DNA of 64,000 bases, taken from Eledone cirrhosa. Taxonomy: Eukaryota. The notes beneath the pieces are model-generated. The model saw only the letters and a program-made list of their open reading frames with translations, was not told where the DNA came from and did no database searches. Of the stretch, positions 1 to 11,760 are shown piece by piece (positions within the stretch are counted from its first letter, which is position 1; every line of letters starts with the position of its first letter). The stretch covers positions 109,430,001 to 109,494,000 of the forward strand of contig OZ024743.1 of NCBI GenBank assembly GCA_964016885.1. The letters are read 5' to 3'. The translations under genes and the position numbers were made by a program.

Positions 1-811
1 TGTGTGTTACTCAAGACATAATCCGACACAAGGAAGCGTCTTATGATCTTGAGCCGAAAGACATAACCACCAAGAAGCGCACCTTTATTAACAATCTTAA
101 TATGCATGAGTGAAATATCGTTAGTGTGAATAATTATATTAACTTATATCCTCATTATTAAACATAAAATCCTAGAATTATATACACCATTCTGTCGTCA
201 GATATATTTTCTACTCTGTGTAATCTGTGGTTTCTGTGAGGTGTTTTTTAATTGCATTGCAATAATGATATCAAACATCACTGAAACTTCTTCGGCAAGA
301 ATCTATGTTACAAGACATGTAAGCATGGTATTCGCCAAAGCCTGTGGTAAATTGAAAAATTTCTGAAGCCGGTCAGATATATTTACCTGTAATTATAACA
401 ATTGGTTTTGTCACATATTGTACTATGAAGATCTCTGAAATATGTTAATGTCAGAATGTAAATTTAATGAGCATATAGTTAACTAATGCCCAATGATGGT
501 AAACGTGAGAGACATGGTGAAATGATGTTTGAGGCGTCATTAACACCATCATATAACTACCTTTATATGCATTATGTCTGTCATGTAATCACATATCTTT
601 GGATTTACTGTATGTACGAATAGACTCTTACCCCATTTATCGAATTGTAAAGACACGACTGTGCCATACAGTGTGTGATTAATATTTTAAACCTGGATGG
701 ATCATCACCTCTCCAGGTAAGAACCGAAAGAGAGAGAGAGAGGGAGATAAAAGTGAGAGAGATAGAATGATATGTTGTTAGAGAGAAAGATAGATAAATT
801 GAGAGAGAGGT

Positions 812-848
<37 letters not shown>

Positions 849-849
849 C

Positions 850-1086
850 TATAAAAAACAATACAAAATAATTACCTCATTAACAGAGGTTTCCTGAATA
901 AGACGAATATACGAAAGACGTCGGACGAGGCAATGAATACGTTTCTTTCGAATTCGTCTTATTCGGGAAACCTCTAGTAGTGAGGTAATTATTTTGTATT
1001 GTTTTTTATACATTAAATTTTGCTCTGGTACTTACATAGAGCACACTTCACTCCTATGACTTTTTCTATTTTCAACGGAAACTTCA

Positions 1087-1090
<4 letters not shown>
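850..1090 (+). repeat. Fold-back element: ~59-bp inverted arms (850-908 / 952-1010) plus ~80-bp unpaired tail, flanked by (TA)n; probable PLE pLTR remnant
   Basis: tataaaaaacaatacaaaataattacctca...aataagacgaat is the reverse complement of attcgtcttatt...tgaggtaattattttgtattgttttttata, with a few mismatches; (TA)n on both sides. Confidence 0.8.
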
Positions 1091-1125
<35 letters not shown>

Positions 1126-1189
1126 GAGAGGAAACGTATATATTTTATCTGGTGATTCTATAGACATGTTTTATGATATATATATATAT

Positions 1190-1900
1190 TCCCACCAGGC
1201 AATAGATATCGCAACATAATTAACAAAAACGTGATTAAATTATCCTATTCGACCACACCTAACCTCGCATCACACCTAGCACGCACGAACATTAGGAAAA
1301 CTAGGGAAGGTTTAGAAGCGATTAAAATGGCAGTTGACCACCGACAACCGACTACACTGGAAAATGGGCAACATAATAGCATCACTGAGCCATCTAATGA
1401 TATAGAGGCACCTAGTGATAATGCTAGTAACCAATGTTCGGGAGGTACGCTAACTGATCGAACCCGCAGTTGCAATTGTAGGCGGAGTAGTAATTGTCCC
1501 CTAAGGGGGGATTGCCTCATGAAAAACATCGTATATGCATGTGACGTAACCACACACAACTCTACCAAAACATATATAAGATGAACGTCCAATACATTTA
1601 AAACTAGATTTAACGCGCATATGGATATATTTAGACACGATAAACATAAGAATGCCACCTCACTGTCGGGGTACATCTCCTTTTTAAAAAAATAATAGTA
1701 CCCCATACAAACTTTTTTGGAGGAAGCTTACTAGATCCACGCCATACCGACAGCAGAGCGGGAGTTGTGACCTGTGTTTACTGGAATGCCATGCCATAAT
1801 ACACTCTAAACTGAACCCGCTTAACAGGAAATCGGAAATGTTCTCCTCTTGCCAACACAAAATCCTGAGTTCCTTCTTCTATTTTAAACCTAGCGGATAG
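1190..1900 (+). mobile_element. Penelope-like element 3' fragment (RT C-terminus, linker, GIY-YIG endonuclease), Hydra-clade-like, degenerate
   Basis: FPPGNRYRNIINKNVIKLSYSTTPNL...CNCRRSSNCPLRGDCLMKNIVY...KTYI(R)*TSNTFKTRFNAH...ATSLSGYI...CDLCLLE...LNRKSEMFSSC; CxCx5Cx5C motif before the GIY-YIG domain; 5' end abuts (TA)n. Confidence 0.85.
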
Positions 1901-2019
1901 ACGTAACATATATTACGCAACCCCCACCTAGACATACCCCTCCTTGTCTATAGCTTCCTCCCCAACCCATAACCCAGATATATAGGTAGCCTAAGGGTGG
2001 AACAGTCCCCTACAAGGTT

Positions 2020-2320
2020 GGTGTTTGTGTGTGTGTGTATGTCTGTGTGTATGTGTGTGTGTGTGTGTGCATTCTCCTTTTCTCTCTCTCACATACACAC
2101 ACACAGACATATGTATAGATGTGTGCGTACGGGTGTGCATGCATGCATGTGTGCGTGTATGGTATACATGTATATTGTATATATATATATATATATATAT
2201 GTATATTGTATACATGTGTATTATATTGTGTGTATGTGTATATGTGATATGTATGTGTATATGTATATGTATGTGTATATGTGTGTGTATGATATGTATA
2301 TATGTGTGTATGTATGTATA
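2020..2320. repeat. Compound (GT)n/(CA)n/(TA)n/(ATGT)n microsatellite
   Basis: Directly visible; explains the VCVC/YIYI ORFs. Confidence 0.95.
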
Positions 2321-4000
2321 TTTTTTCTGTAGAAGTCTTCTCTATATGTGGTGTTTGGCATGAATTCCTCCTATAATACTCTTCTTTGAGAGGAGCATGA
2401 TATGTAGACTAACACATATGTATTGTCGCAATTGAAATGAGAACCACCACCCCTCCTGCTGACCCAAATGTTTACTGAGGACCAGAAAACCATTCTCCAC
2501 AATATGGGAGAGGAATGCGCTTGCCGAACTATTGATGACCATAACATCACATTCCAAGGTAATGGCAAAACACAGTGAATGCTAAACACGACCAGAACAC
2601 CACAACATGCACGTCGGAGCAACAGAGATATAATATCAATAAGCGAATCAATTGAATTTTTTGAGTTGAAATACATATAAATATGTGTCTGTGCGTATCG
2701 GACACACCTACACATAAAGAAACTGTGGACCTAAATGTACCTGTCATGCCTGTCTGAATTCCTAAGAGAATTTTCGGTCAGTTACTATCTTGACCGATTA
2801 CCCTCACAATTACTACGTAGCGGTTCTTGTACGTGACTGCTGGACCCGGATGAAACGAAGAAGAAGAATTTCCTTGCGTACCGTTTTGTACCACAGATGC
2901 AATCTCACTCTGCCTCGTTAATGTTCAATCGACACCAAAGTTCTACGTTCGGGGCAATAGAATTGAATCCAACCACCGACAACATAGTTGGATGACCGAT
3001 AATTACACCAAACCGGAGTACTGTGATCCTTTTGATTTCGAGATATACAACCACTGACACTGTTACGAAGACCAGAAAACCATAGTCCATAATATTGAAC
3101 CAAGTGATTGATTTGTGCGACCAAAATAACACCACACACATATTGAACTAGGAATATTGGATCCTCCGTCGATGTCTGGGTGAGCAAAAATAGATTTCTA
3201 TCTGCATTGGAATTTACAAACTTGTGCATCTGCTGTGGTGTCAAAAACAAACGCACATGACCGCACATATGAACAATGGACTATGCAACGTGGGTTGAAC
3301 CTGCAAGTGAATTGAAGGATGTGTAACTCTGATATACATATTATTTATTATTAAGATGTATAAACTTGACATAACTATTATCATCTTATATTCTCTCAAC
3401 TAATTACATTTGATTATATTTCTCTATCCCGTTTTCTCCCCCCATATTTATAATATTTTTATTTGAAAAAATCGTTTTTTTTACATTGTGTTTTTTCCTT
3501 TCTAATACTTGCTTATATTTCTTTATATATTCTCTATATATATTTTTATATATATATATTTTTTTATCTTTATTCTTATTTTTACTTTTATCCTCATTTA
3601 TATTTTAACTTATTCTTAATTTTATACCTTATTATAGTGTAATCTTCCCCATGCCTTATTATACATTATTAATTATAGATTATTATTATTACTCCTTTTC
3701 CATTTCTAATTACCTCATGTACTCTCTCCTCCGTTATATATATATTGTATACCCTTTGTGTGTGTGTAGCCTCTACACACCCTCTGCACCCTACTATCGA
3801 CGCCACCCCATCTATGGCTGAACTAACCACTCGACTCCCAGGAATGAATATGACCACAGCTAGTAAACAAGGACCCACACCCCACCCTCCCGCACCAAAA
3901 TTAGACTTATCGTCTCCTGCTTTTGCTCTTTACTCTCTTTACTCTTTGTTCTTGAATGTTTGGTTGGTAGAGTCCATAACACCAATCAAACCACTTTTAT

Positions 4001-4053
4001 AGTTCTGACGAATGCTACGGTTACGTAAGGAAGAAACATTGTAAGCCAATAAA
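4001..4053 (+). ncRNA. Hammerhead ribozyme-like motif (weak stem I) in a PLE-type 3' end (~3700-4090) ending at (TA)n
   Basis: CTGACGA (4005) - tacg/gtta/cgta stem II - GAAAC att GTA - AATAAA; the 3' end (aataaa...gtaggcgctctttgtcc) resembles that of the PLE at 62590. Confidence 0.6.
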
Positions 4054-4086
4054 AATCTGTTGATGTTGTAGGCGCTCTTTGTCCTT

Positions 4087-4149
<63 letters not shown>

Positions 4150-4156
<7 letters not shown>

Positions 4157-6040
4157 TATTTACGTATCGAGAGAGAGAATAAAAGGGGAGGATAGGTGAT
4201 ACATATAGTTATTTGCCAAGTAGCGTATTCCGAAGGTGCTCGATACTAGTGCCGGCAGTATTAAATATTCGAAGTGTTAATATTTAGTGGGCGAGAGAGT
4301 TAGCAGAGCGTAAGCACGTGGAAAAGTAAGAAATCGTAGAATAGACCGTTAAAACATGTGTATTTAAGACAACACCTACGTACGGTTCGCCCAGTGGGCT
4401 TCTTTAAGGGCATATATAACCGAAAGTGTTCCTTACATTGCTCGGAAAGAGTTTTTCGGGTTACATTCACGTCAAGGTTCATTGTTCGCAAAAATAGCAT
4501 GTTTTGATGTTGCAGCAGGTCAAGGGAGGTAACTCTGGTCGTTGTTAGGTCAGTCTTTCCCGGACAAATTTTTATCCGTTACAAGATGAGGTTACAACCT
4601 TACCATTGTCGATACGCGCAGGGTCATGTAACCAACGCTTATTTTGAGGCGTTTGTTAACCGCACCTGTTTGTCTGGGTCGTTTAAGGCTGGGTCTGGTA
4701 TGCATGGTTAGTTTCCTGGGTGTTATTTTGCAGCGCCTGCCCGCCTGGGTGTTAAAACTTGTTGCAGGGAGATCCGGTGCACGGTTTCACTCCTCCTCCT
4801 TAACCCATCTGAATAGGGATATTTTGAAGCGACGTGTACAACTTATCGCTGTTTCAGCAGTGCTGTTGATGTGCTCGTGGGGTGCATTTATGATGTGGTA
4901 GAGCTCCATGAGGCAAATATCGCACTCCCTCTTGACGTTGTACGGTGCAGCCTTGCCGACAATATCGCAGTGCGTGGAGAAGCTGATGTTTAAGTCCTTT
5001 AGTGATGTGATGTAGTCCGCGAGCGAAGTCGAGTGTCTTAGTTTTTTATTTGTGAAAGAGTGGAGTTGTGTTCGAAACCTAATATTGAACGGGCGGGAGG
5101 TAGCCCCTATATAATGTTTAACGCTATTGTGGCTAGCTACAGTGCATCTATATAAAACCCTATCAGTCAAGCAGTATCCTCTAAGGGGGCTGCGTCCTCT
5201 GTCGCGGCAGTTTCAATTTATGTCGCGGTTCCATCCATTTCCCACGGTAAGGCTGTCATTGTTGGTGCCTACGTTATTATTTACGCTTCCACAGCTGTCG
5301 TTAGCACCATTACAACCCACAGCACGCGGGGTGGTGCGATTGTTATTCCGCACGTCATGTCCTGCATGTTCCCCAGTCATTTCGCGGTTATGTTGGTTGG
5401 GTCTGCGGAGGCCGTTGCCAGCACTATTGGATGCTGCTAGGGAATTGTTAAGGGCGATATAATTATTCTCAGGTGTAGGTGCGTCTGTGTCGAGGTGCTG
5501 TGTCTTGGTGATCTTACTGTGGTTCGTTGTTCCTATGATGTCTGCTAGGTTAGGAGTAGTATAGAAGGATATTGTTATATTGTTCCTATTAAGAATGTTT
5601 CTATACCTATGGTTGGGCGGGAAGTTCTTCTCTAAGGCTTCGAAGAATATCCGGGGTATGTTGGAGGCCACACTCTGAGAGTAGGGGGGTGGGGGTGGGG
5701 GTGGAACCATAGGACGTTACGGTGGCGATTACGTGTCCTTGTACGTTTGCTACGGGTGGTTCCATCTAGGTGACCGTTCTTATGTATGTTAATGCGCTGT
5801 AGCCCGGTAGGTGCCCCTTTCACTTTATGCTCGGGTGAACTCTTCTTCCGTCTTCCATGTTTATGTACAGGAAGATGTTGGTTGGAAGGCGTTGGTAGTA
5901 CGCCGTCGCCTTTGTTGGTTTTGTAGTAGAGGAATAGTTCGGGTAAACTAGTGGTCACCGTCGCTGGGGTCGTGATCTTTAGTTGAAGTCGGATATAATA
6001 GAATAATCGCAGATTACATAATCTCCGATTTCTTACTTTC
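4150..6040 (-). mobile_element. Penelope-like element 3' portion (RT thumb, Asn/Thr-rich linker, GIY-YIG, 3' UTR), Hydra-clade-like, frameshifted
   Basis: RNVLWF..PYSQSVASNIPRIF..NFPPNHRYRNILNRNNITISFYTTPNL; VLYRCTV..KHYIGATSRPFNIRF..STSLADYI..CDICLME; similar to the ORFs at 1231 and 59911-61200. Confidence 0.85.
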
Positions 6041-6079
6041 CACGTATATATGTATATATATATATATGTATATATATAA

Positions 6080-6393
6080 TGTAGGAGGTGAGTTTTATTG
6101 TAGTACAATAAAGCAATGCAGATATCGGATAAGAAGCACTCTACAGTTTGTGGGACTGGAGTATGCATAATATAAGATCAAAAGATGGTTAAAGGAGTTC
6201 CATATATTTTATTATGCGCATTTCAAAAACAAACATCATCAAGCAATAATATTTGTGTTTTCATCACACACACACAAACCCATATATGCACCTGTTTTAT
6301 CTGATGAAAACACAAATATTATTGCTTGATGATGTTTGTTTTTGAAATGCGCATAATAAAATATATGGAACTCCTTTAACCATCTTTTGATCT

Positions 6394-6400
<7 letters not shown>
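6080..6400. repeat. Fold-back element: ~99-bp apparently perfect inverted arms (6168-6266 / 6302-6400) with a left tail (6080-6167), in (TA)n
   Basis: Arms are reverse complements by eye; (TA)n on both flanks. Confidence 0.9.
6295..6361 (+). ncRNA. Type I hammerhead ribozyme, intact core
   Basis: Stem I ttttat/ataaaa; CTGATGA 6301-6307; stem II acaaatatta/tgatgtttgt; GAAA 6344-6347; palindromic stem III ATGCGCAT; predicted cleavage after AUA (6355). Confidence 0.85.
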
Positions 6401-6472
<72 letters not shown>

Positions 6473-6509
6473 TTGCTTGGCAAGGTTTTTGGTATGAAAT
6501 CGTGTGTCG

Positions 6510-7712
6510 AAACAAATATTGTTACACTTGGGAGGGTCACATTGTTGTAATAATATTACTAGAAATAATAACGGAACACACTCACTGTTTGGTTGGTTTT
6601 CGGTTCTATATTTTTTATATCTCCATACTTAATTTATTTGTCTATCAATGTGTATCACTGACTGACCAACGGTAAAAAATACAAATATAAATACATATAT
6701 ATAGTCTAAAAAATTATTTCGTTGCCTATCTGTAACAACATCAGTGGTACTATTATGTTTCCTCCTGTTTGTATTGTATGTCTACGCCATTTTTATTTTA
6801 TCTGTTTATTTATTTATTTCTTCGTCTCTGCACATGCGTTTGCGTGTGTGTATAGTGTTTGGTGTGTGTGTTAGCGTTTGGGTGACTGTGTTTTGGTTTT
6901 TGTATTCTATCTTAGTTTGTTAGTGTGTGTTTATATGTTTTATTGTTATTGTGCTTGTGTATAGATTTATTTAATTATATTTCTCTTATGTAAGTTGTGT
7001 TTGTTTGGGTGTTGTTATTCCATTCATTTTTTCTGTTTAGCTTTGGCTTTCTCAGCTCTATTTAGCTTGCTTCTCTGATTTGCCTACCTGTTGGGTCATT
7101 TCTATGTTTAGATATTATTTTAATTTCTTGTTGTTGTCTGGCGTGTTCGTATAGTACTGAACCGTTTTTTGTCCTTTACCCCCCCCCCCCTTATATACAT
7201 CTTATGCTATATGCTACATTTCTAGTTTTACAGTTTATCTGGGGGTTTACTTTACAGATAACACATTTCCTAATAGTATAGTGGGTTTTCTTAAGAGGGT
7301 ATGTTTTGCTGATCAGGGATTTCATGGTAGTTCCTGGTTTTTCTACCACTTTGATCTGTAAGTGGGCCTTTCTACATTGGTTAGCTAATTTCCCCCCAGG
7401 GGTAGCGTCCAGGAACATGACACTCCGGTATCTCTGGTTGTCGTACCATGATTATTTCCACACAATTTTCCACAGCAAAATCAATGTTAATGGATGGTTA
7501 CAATGATACCACGTCCATACTGTCTATTATGCAGTTAGAAAGGTTTTTGTTTGTGTTGCACTCATTGATTCTGTTGAGGAGGTCCTCTGTACTGTCACAT
7601 ACATCTGGGGTCATCTTAATTATGGGGCTTATAACAATTGAGAGGAAGTAGGAGATCCTGTAGCTGCTATCGCTATTGGCTCCGCATACAGGTCTTGTTG
7701 GTGTACGTGGTA
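6510..7712 (-). mobile_element. PLE copy (RT fragment, internal deletion, C-terminal region, 3' UTR/pLTR); left member of an inverted pair
   Basis: RPVCGA..STEDLL..SMDVVSL (RT), then a jump to MFLDATPGGKLAN..KCVIC..NCKTRNVAYSIRC; 6510-7445 is largely the reverse complement of 8790-9795. Confidence 0.85.
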
Positions 7713-9788
7713 TCACTGTACCCATCTCCTAACATTAAATCTGCTGTGTAAAAATGTGTGGAGATGATCAGTTAGAGTAAGGTGGAGCTCTGCGACGTCG
7801 ACACAGATGAACTGGGCCTCCTACTTAGACTTACGTATGACACTGAGTACCTAGACAGCCCTGACATTAGCCGTTTCTGCTCCAGTAGACCCATAAGAGG
7901 TAGACCCCCACCATATCCTCTATTGCAAAAAAGATTCCCATGGGAAGGTGGATTGGGTGGCCAAAGCCATACGGACAGCTAAAAAAAATGTTCAGGTGAG
8001 AAAAATGATCGCGCATGCGATAGGGGCTAGTATTAAATCTAACCTAAAGTGCAATATTTTCTAATTCAATGAACAGGTCTACACCCAAAATGAGGGAGCA
8101 GCCATTGGCGTCAGCATAGCTGGTCATGTTGCCAAACTTTTTATGGTATGGTGGGAAAGGAGACTCAAAGATCTCCTTGAAGAGAGCTCAATAAACCTCA
8201 TCATGTACTCTCGTTGTGTAGACGACATTTATATAGTAATATGGACACCCCCATAAGAGAGTACTAACGAACATGATTTAGAATATAGCACAATGTAAAG
8301 CATCCAGCAGATAGCTGACTCCATACACCAGAGTATAGCTGTAACTATTGACTACCCTTCCAACCACCCTAACAATAGACTAGCTGTATTAGACACGGAA
8401 CTTGGATTAACACTAGAGACAAGGGGGCCCAAATTATCCACTCACACTACGGGAAACACTTGGCTTCCAAATACCTGATACTCGAAAACTCAGCAATGTC
8501 CAGTTGTGCTAAGTTTAATATTCTAATCACAGAGATGGTACGAGTGATGATGAACGTGTCCCGCATATACGACGCAACTGAAATGGAGAGACACACCCAA
8601 CACTTCATCAACCGCATGCAGCTCTCTGGCTACAACCAAGGAGACAGAATCAGAGAATACAAAGGGGCCACAGAGAAATATAAGACCTTCATATAACTGG
8701 ACTTGAAAGGAATTTGCCCATTATTCAAGAGCAAATCATGGAATAGCTTAGATAGGGCTAAACATAAGATAAGGAACGCCACCTCATTGTTCGACAACCA
8801 GAGATACCAGCGTGTCATGTTCCTGGACGCTACCCCTGGAAGGAAATTGGCTAACCAATGTAGAAAGGCACTGAGAAAGACCCACTTAAAGATTAAAGAG
8901 GCAGAAAAGCTAGGAACTACCATGGAATCCCTGATCCGCAAAACATGCCCTTTTAAGAAAACCCACTGTACTAATAAGAAATGTAGCCTATATCATAAGA
9001 TGTAGAGAGGGCACTTGCAGAAACATGACAACAACATGAATAGGTGAGACAGCTCGAAGTATAGGAGAAATATTAGATCAACAATGGGAGCGGATTAAAA
9101 GGAAAAAAAATGGTTCAGTACTTTACGAACACACCAGACAACAACACGACGGTGTCAGACAACATGGAAATTAAAATAATATATAAACATAGAAATGACC
9201 CAACAGGTAGGTAAATCAGAGAATCAAGCGAAATAGAGCTTAGAAAGCCAAAGCTAAACAGGAAAACTGAATGGAATAACAACACCCAAACAAACAATGC
9301 TGACTTAAGAGAAATATAAATAAATAAATAAATATATACACAAGCACAATAACAACAAACACATATAAACACACTCGAATAAATTAAGATAGAATACAAT
9401 AACCAAAACATAGTCACCCAAACGCGAACACACACACCAAACACTATACACACACGCAAACGCACGTGCAGAGACGAAAACAAAAATAAATAAATAAATA
9501 AACAAACATATAAAATAAAAATGGCGTAGACTTACACAACAAAGGGAGGACACATAATAGTACCACTGATGATGTTGCAGACGTGCAACGAAATAACTTT
9601 GTTAAACTATATATATGTATTTATATCTGTATTTGTTACCGTTGGTCAGGTAGTAATAAACATTGATGGCCAAATGATTTAAATATGGAGATATAAAAGA
9701 TATAGAACCTAAAACCAACCAAACAGTGAGTGTGTTCCGTTATTATTCCTGGCAATATTATTACAACAATATGATCCACCCCAGGTAT

Positions 9789-9795
<7 letters not shown>
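7705..9795 (+). mobile_element. PLE copy, 5'-truncated (RT, Cys-rich linker, GIY-YIG remnant, 3' pLTR), degenerate
   Basis: SLYPS..; GAAIGVSIAGHVAKLFMVWW; YSRCVDD (RT catalytic YxDD-like); IDYPSNH..LAVLD; MASKYLI..RMQLSGY; YIGE-like; ends at (TA)n. Confidence 0.85.
9557..9610 (+). ncRNA. Hammerhead-like motif in PLE pLTR (homologues on - strand at ~6700-6752 and ~52538-52590)
   Basis: CTGATGA (9566) - gttgca/tgcaac stem II - GAAA (9590) - taac/gtta; stem I and cleavage-site geometry imperfect. Confidence 0.6.
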
Positions 9796-9834
<39 letters not shown>

Positions 9835-9836
<2 letters not shown>

Positions 9837-10856
9837 TTAGCTTTGTTGGTTCACCACTGGATAGAACTGGTCATTCCGTATGGTTAATTCTGGTGTAATA
9901 TTATGAAGAGTACTCAACGCAGTGCAGTTTAGCCATCTTCGTTTGTGTAGTGCGAATACGGAATTAATTATAAATGAAGTAAAATAACAGGAGGCTGGAC
10001 TGGTGTAAATCCTTGAAAGGTTTATTATACTATGATCATTTCAATGACCGGGTTCCATATGAATCCGGTGATATCATCAGGTATTGGAATATAACAAACG
10101 AATATGTAAAAAACCATGGGTCCGAAAAATCAGAGTCAGAGACAAAGAGAACGACTGACCAAATAGCTTCTCGGCCAGTCGCCCTCAAAGTGTTGGCAAC
10201 TGAATCTACTAATGACTATCTGGTGAGGGGGCGAAGGCTTATAATGCACTACCACATTCAAAGAAAAAGGGGAAGAAAGAAAGAAAGGGAGAAAGAAGTC
10301 AGTGTAAGCGTCATAATACATTCATGCTAGAAAATGCCGCGAAAAAATGCTACTCCAAAGAATCTATTTAATATTTTTAATTAAATTAATTTCATCGTAT
10401 AACTCGCAACATAAGTTTAACGTTCCAATCTTCGGTTCACACATTAGACCATACAGACACCCATTTTAGATTATTTGGAGTAGCATTTTTTCGCGGCATT
10501 TTCTAGCATGAATGTAGTATGATACTTACACTGACTTCTTTCTCCCTTTCTTTCTTCCCCTTTTTCTTTGACGGAGTGTGGTAGTGCATTATAAGCCTTC
10601 GCCCCCTCACCAGATATTCATTAGTAGATTCAGTTGCCAACACTTTGAGGGCGACTGGCCGAGAAGCTAGTTAGTCAGTCGTCCTCTTTGTCTCTGATCT
10701 GATTTTTCGGACCCATGGTTTTTTACATATTCCTTTGTTATATACCAATACCTGATGATATCACCGGATTCATATGGAACCCGGTCATTGAAATGATCAT
10801 AGTATAATAAACCTTTCAAGGATTTACAGCTGTCCAGCCTCCTGTTATTTTACTTC

Positions 10857-10862
<6 letters not shown>
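9835..10862. mobile_element. Large fold-back element: ~400-bp inverted arms (9969-10366 / 10467-10862), ~135-bp tail (9835-9968), one hammerhead per arm, in (TA)n
   Basis: Arms are reverse complementary with few differences; related element at 47813-48315. Confidence 0.9.
10748..10811 (+). ncRNA. Type I hammerhead ribozyme (mirror copy on - strand at 10027-10084)
   Basis: atac-CTGATGA (10752)-...accgg/ccggt stem II...-GAAA (10790)-palindromic ATGATCAT-A-gtat, then AATAAA at 10806. Confidence 0.8.
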
Positions 10863-10951
<89 letters not shown>

Positions 10952-11089
10952 GAGATGGAAGTTAGAATATGAATGAAATCATAATAGACATTTTACCCCG
11001 TAAAATTCATTAAAAATATGGGATCGATAGAAAATATTTTACGGCATAAATCGATCCTGATATTTCTGTGAATGGAGTCTGTGCATTAG

Positions 11090-11260
11090 ATGGTGTCAGC
11101 AGAAGGTCAGACATGCTTTATGACATAAGGTTACGCCTCTTTACAATCTGAGTTCAAATCCTACGCATGTTAGCTTTGCATTTCATTTATACGGGACGAT
11201 AAAACAAAGTACCAGTAATGCACTGAGGGAGATGTCATTGTTGTTCTTATACCTCAATCA
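11090..11260 (+). mobile_element. tRNA-derived SINE, degenerate (related copies at ~13340-13420, 20960-21130, 43430-43580)
   Basis: Recurring motif tctgagttcaaatc..ctttgc(c/a)tttcat..cgataaaa..aagtaccagtaa.gcactg with B-box-like GTTCAAATC. Confidence 0.7.
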
Positions 11261-11589
11261 AAAACAAATATTTCTGTGTAAATGAACTCCGCCTTAGCAA
11301 ACGGCGGTGGTGTATTAAACTTTTTGTCAGTACACTGTTTCTAAACATACAAAATAGTTTTGCCTTTTTTGTTTTTTTCTTTTATTCAGAAATTCTAAAT
11401 GGAAATATATCTTAGATGGTGAGGAATAAAATATGGTTTCATGAAAATGTGAAACAATTAGAAATCAATATATTGCTATGAGATATAAAGCAATACTATT
11501 TACTGCCTTAGGCCCAATTTATCAATGTGTAAATTCAATAAAATTCAATCCGTAATTATAAATCTGACACCCTTTAATAAACGAACTAT

Positions 11590-11760
<171 letters not shown>

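Noticed and set aside
909-990. Hammerhead in the loop of the 850-1010 hairpin
   Set aside because: Only partial motifs (GGACGA, GAAAC); no consistent three-helix fold.
1582-1584. In-frame TGA in the GIY-YIG region as possible selenocysteine (Naiad-like)
   Set aside because: The endonuclease is C-terminal (not the Naiad order), homologues here have Ala at this position, the copy has other lesions, and no SECIS was seen.
10013-10330. 105-aa ORF in a hairpin arm
   Set aside because: Antisense to the ribozyme-bearing pLTR; no domain; not conserved in the 47.9 kb relative.
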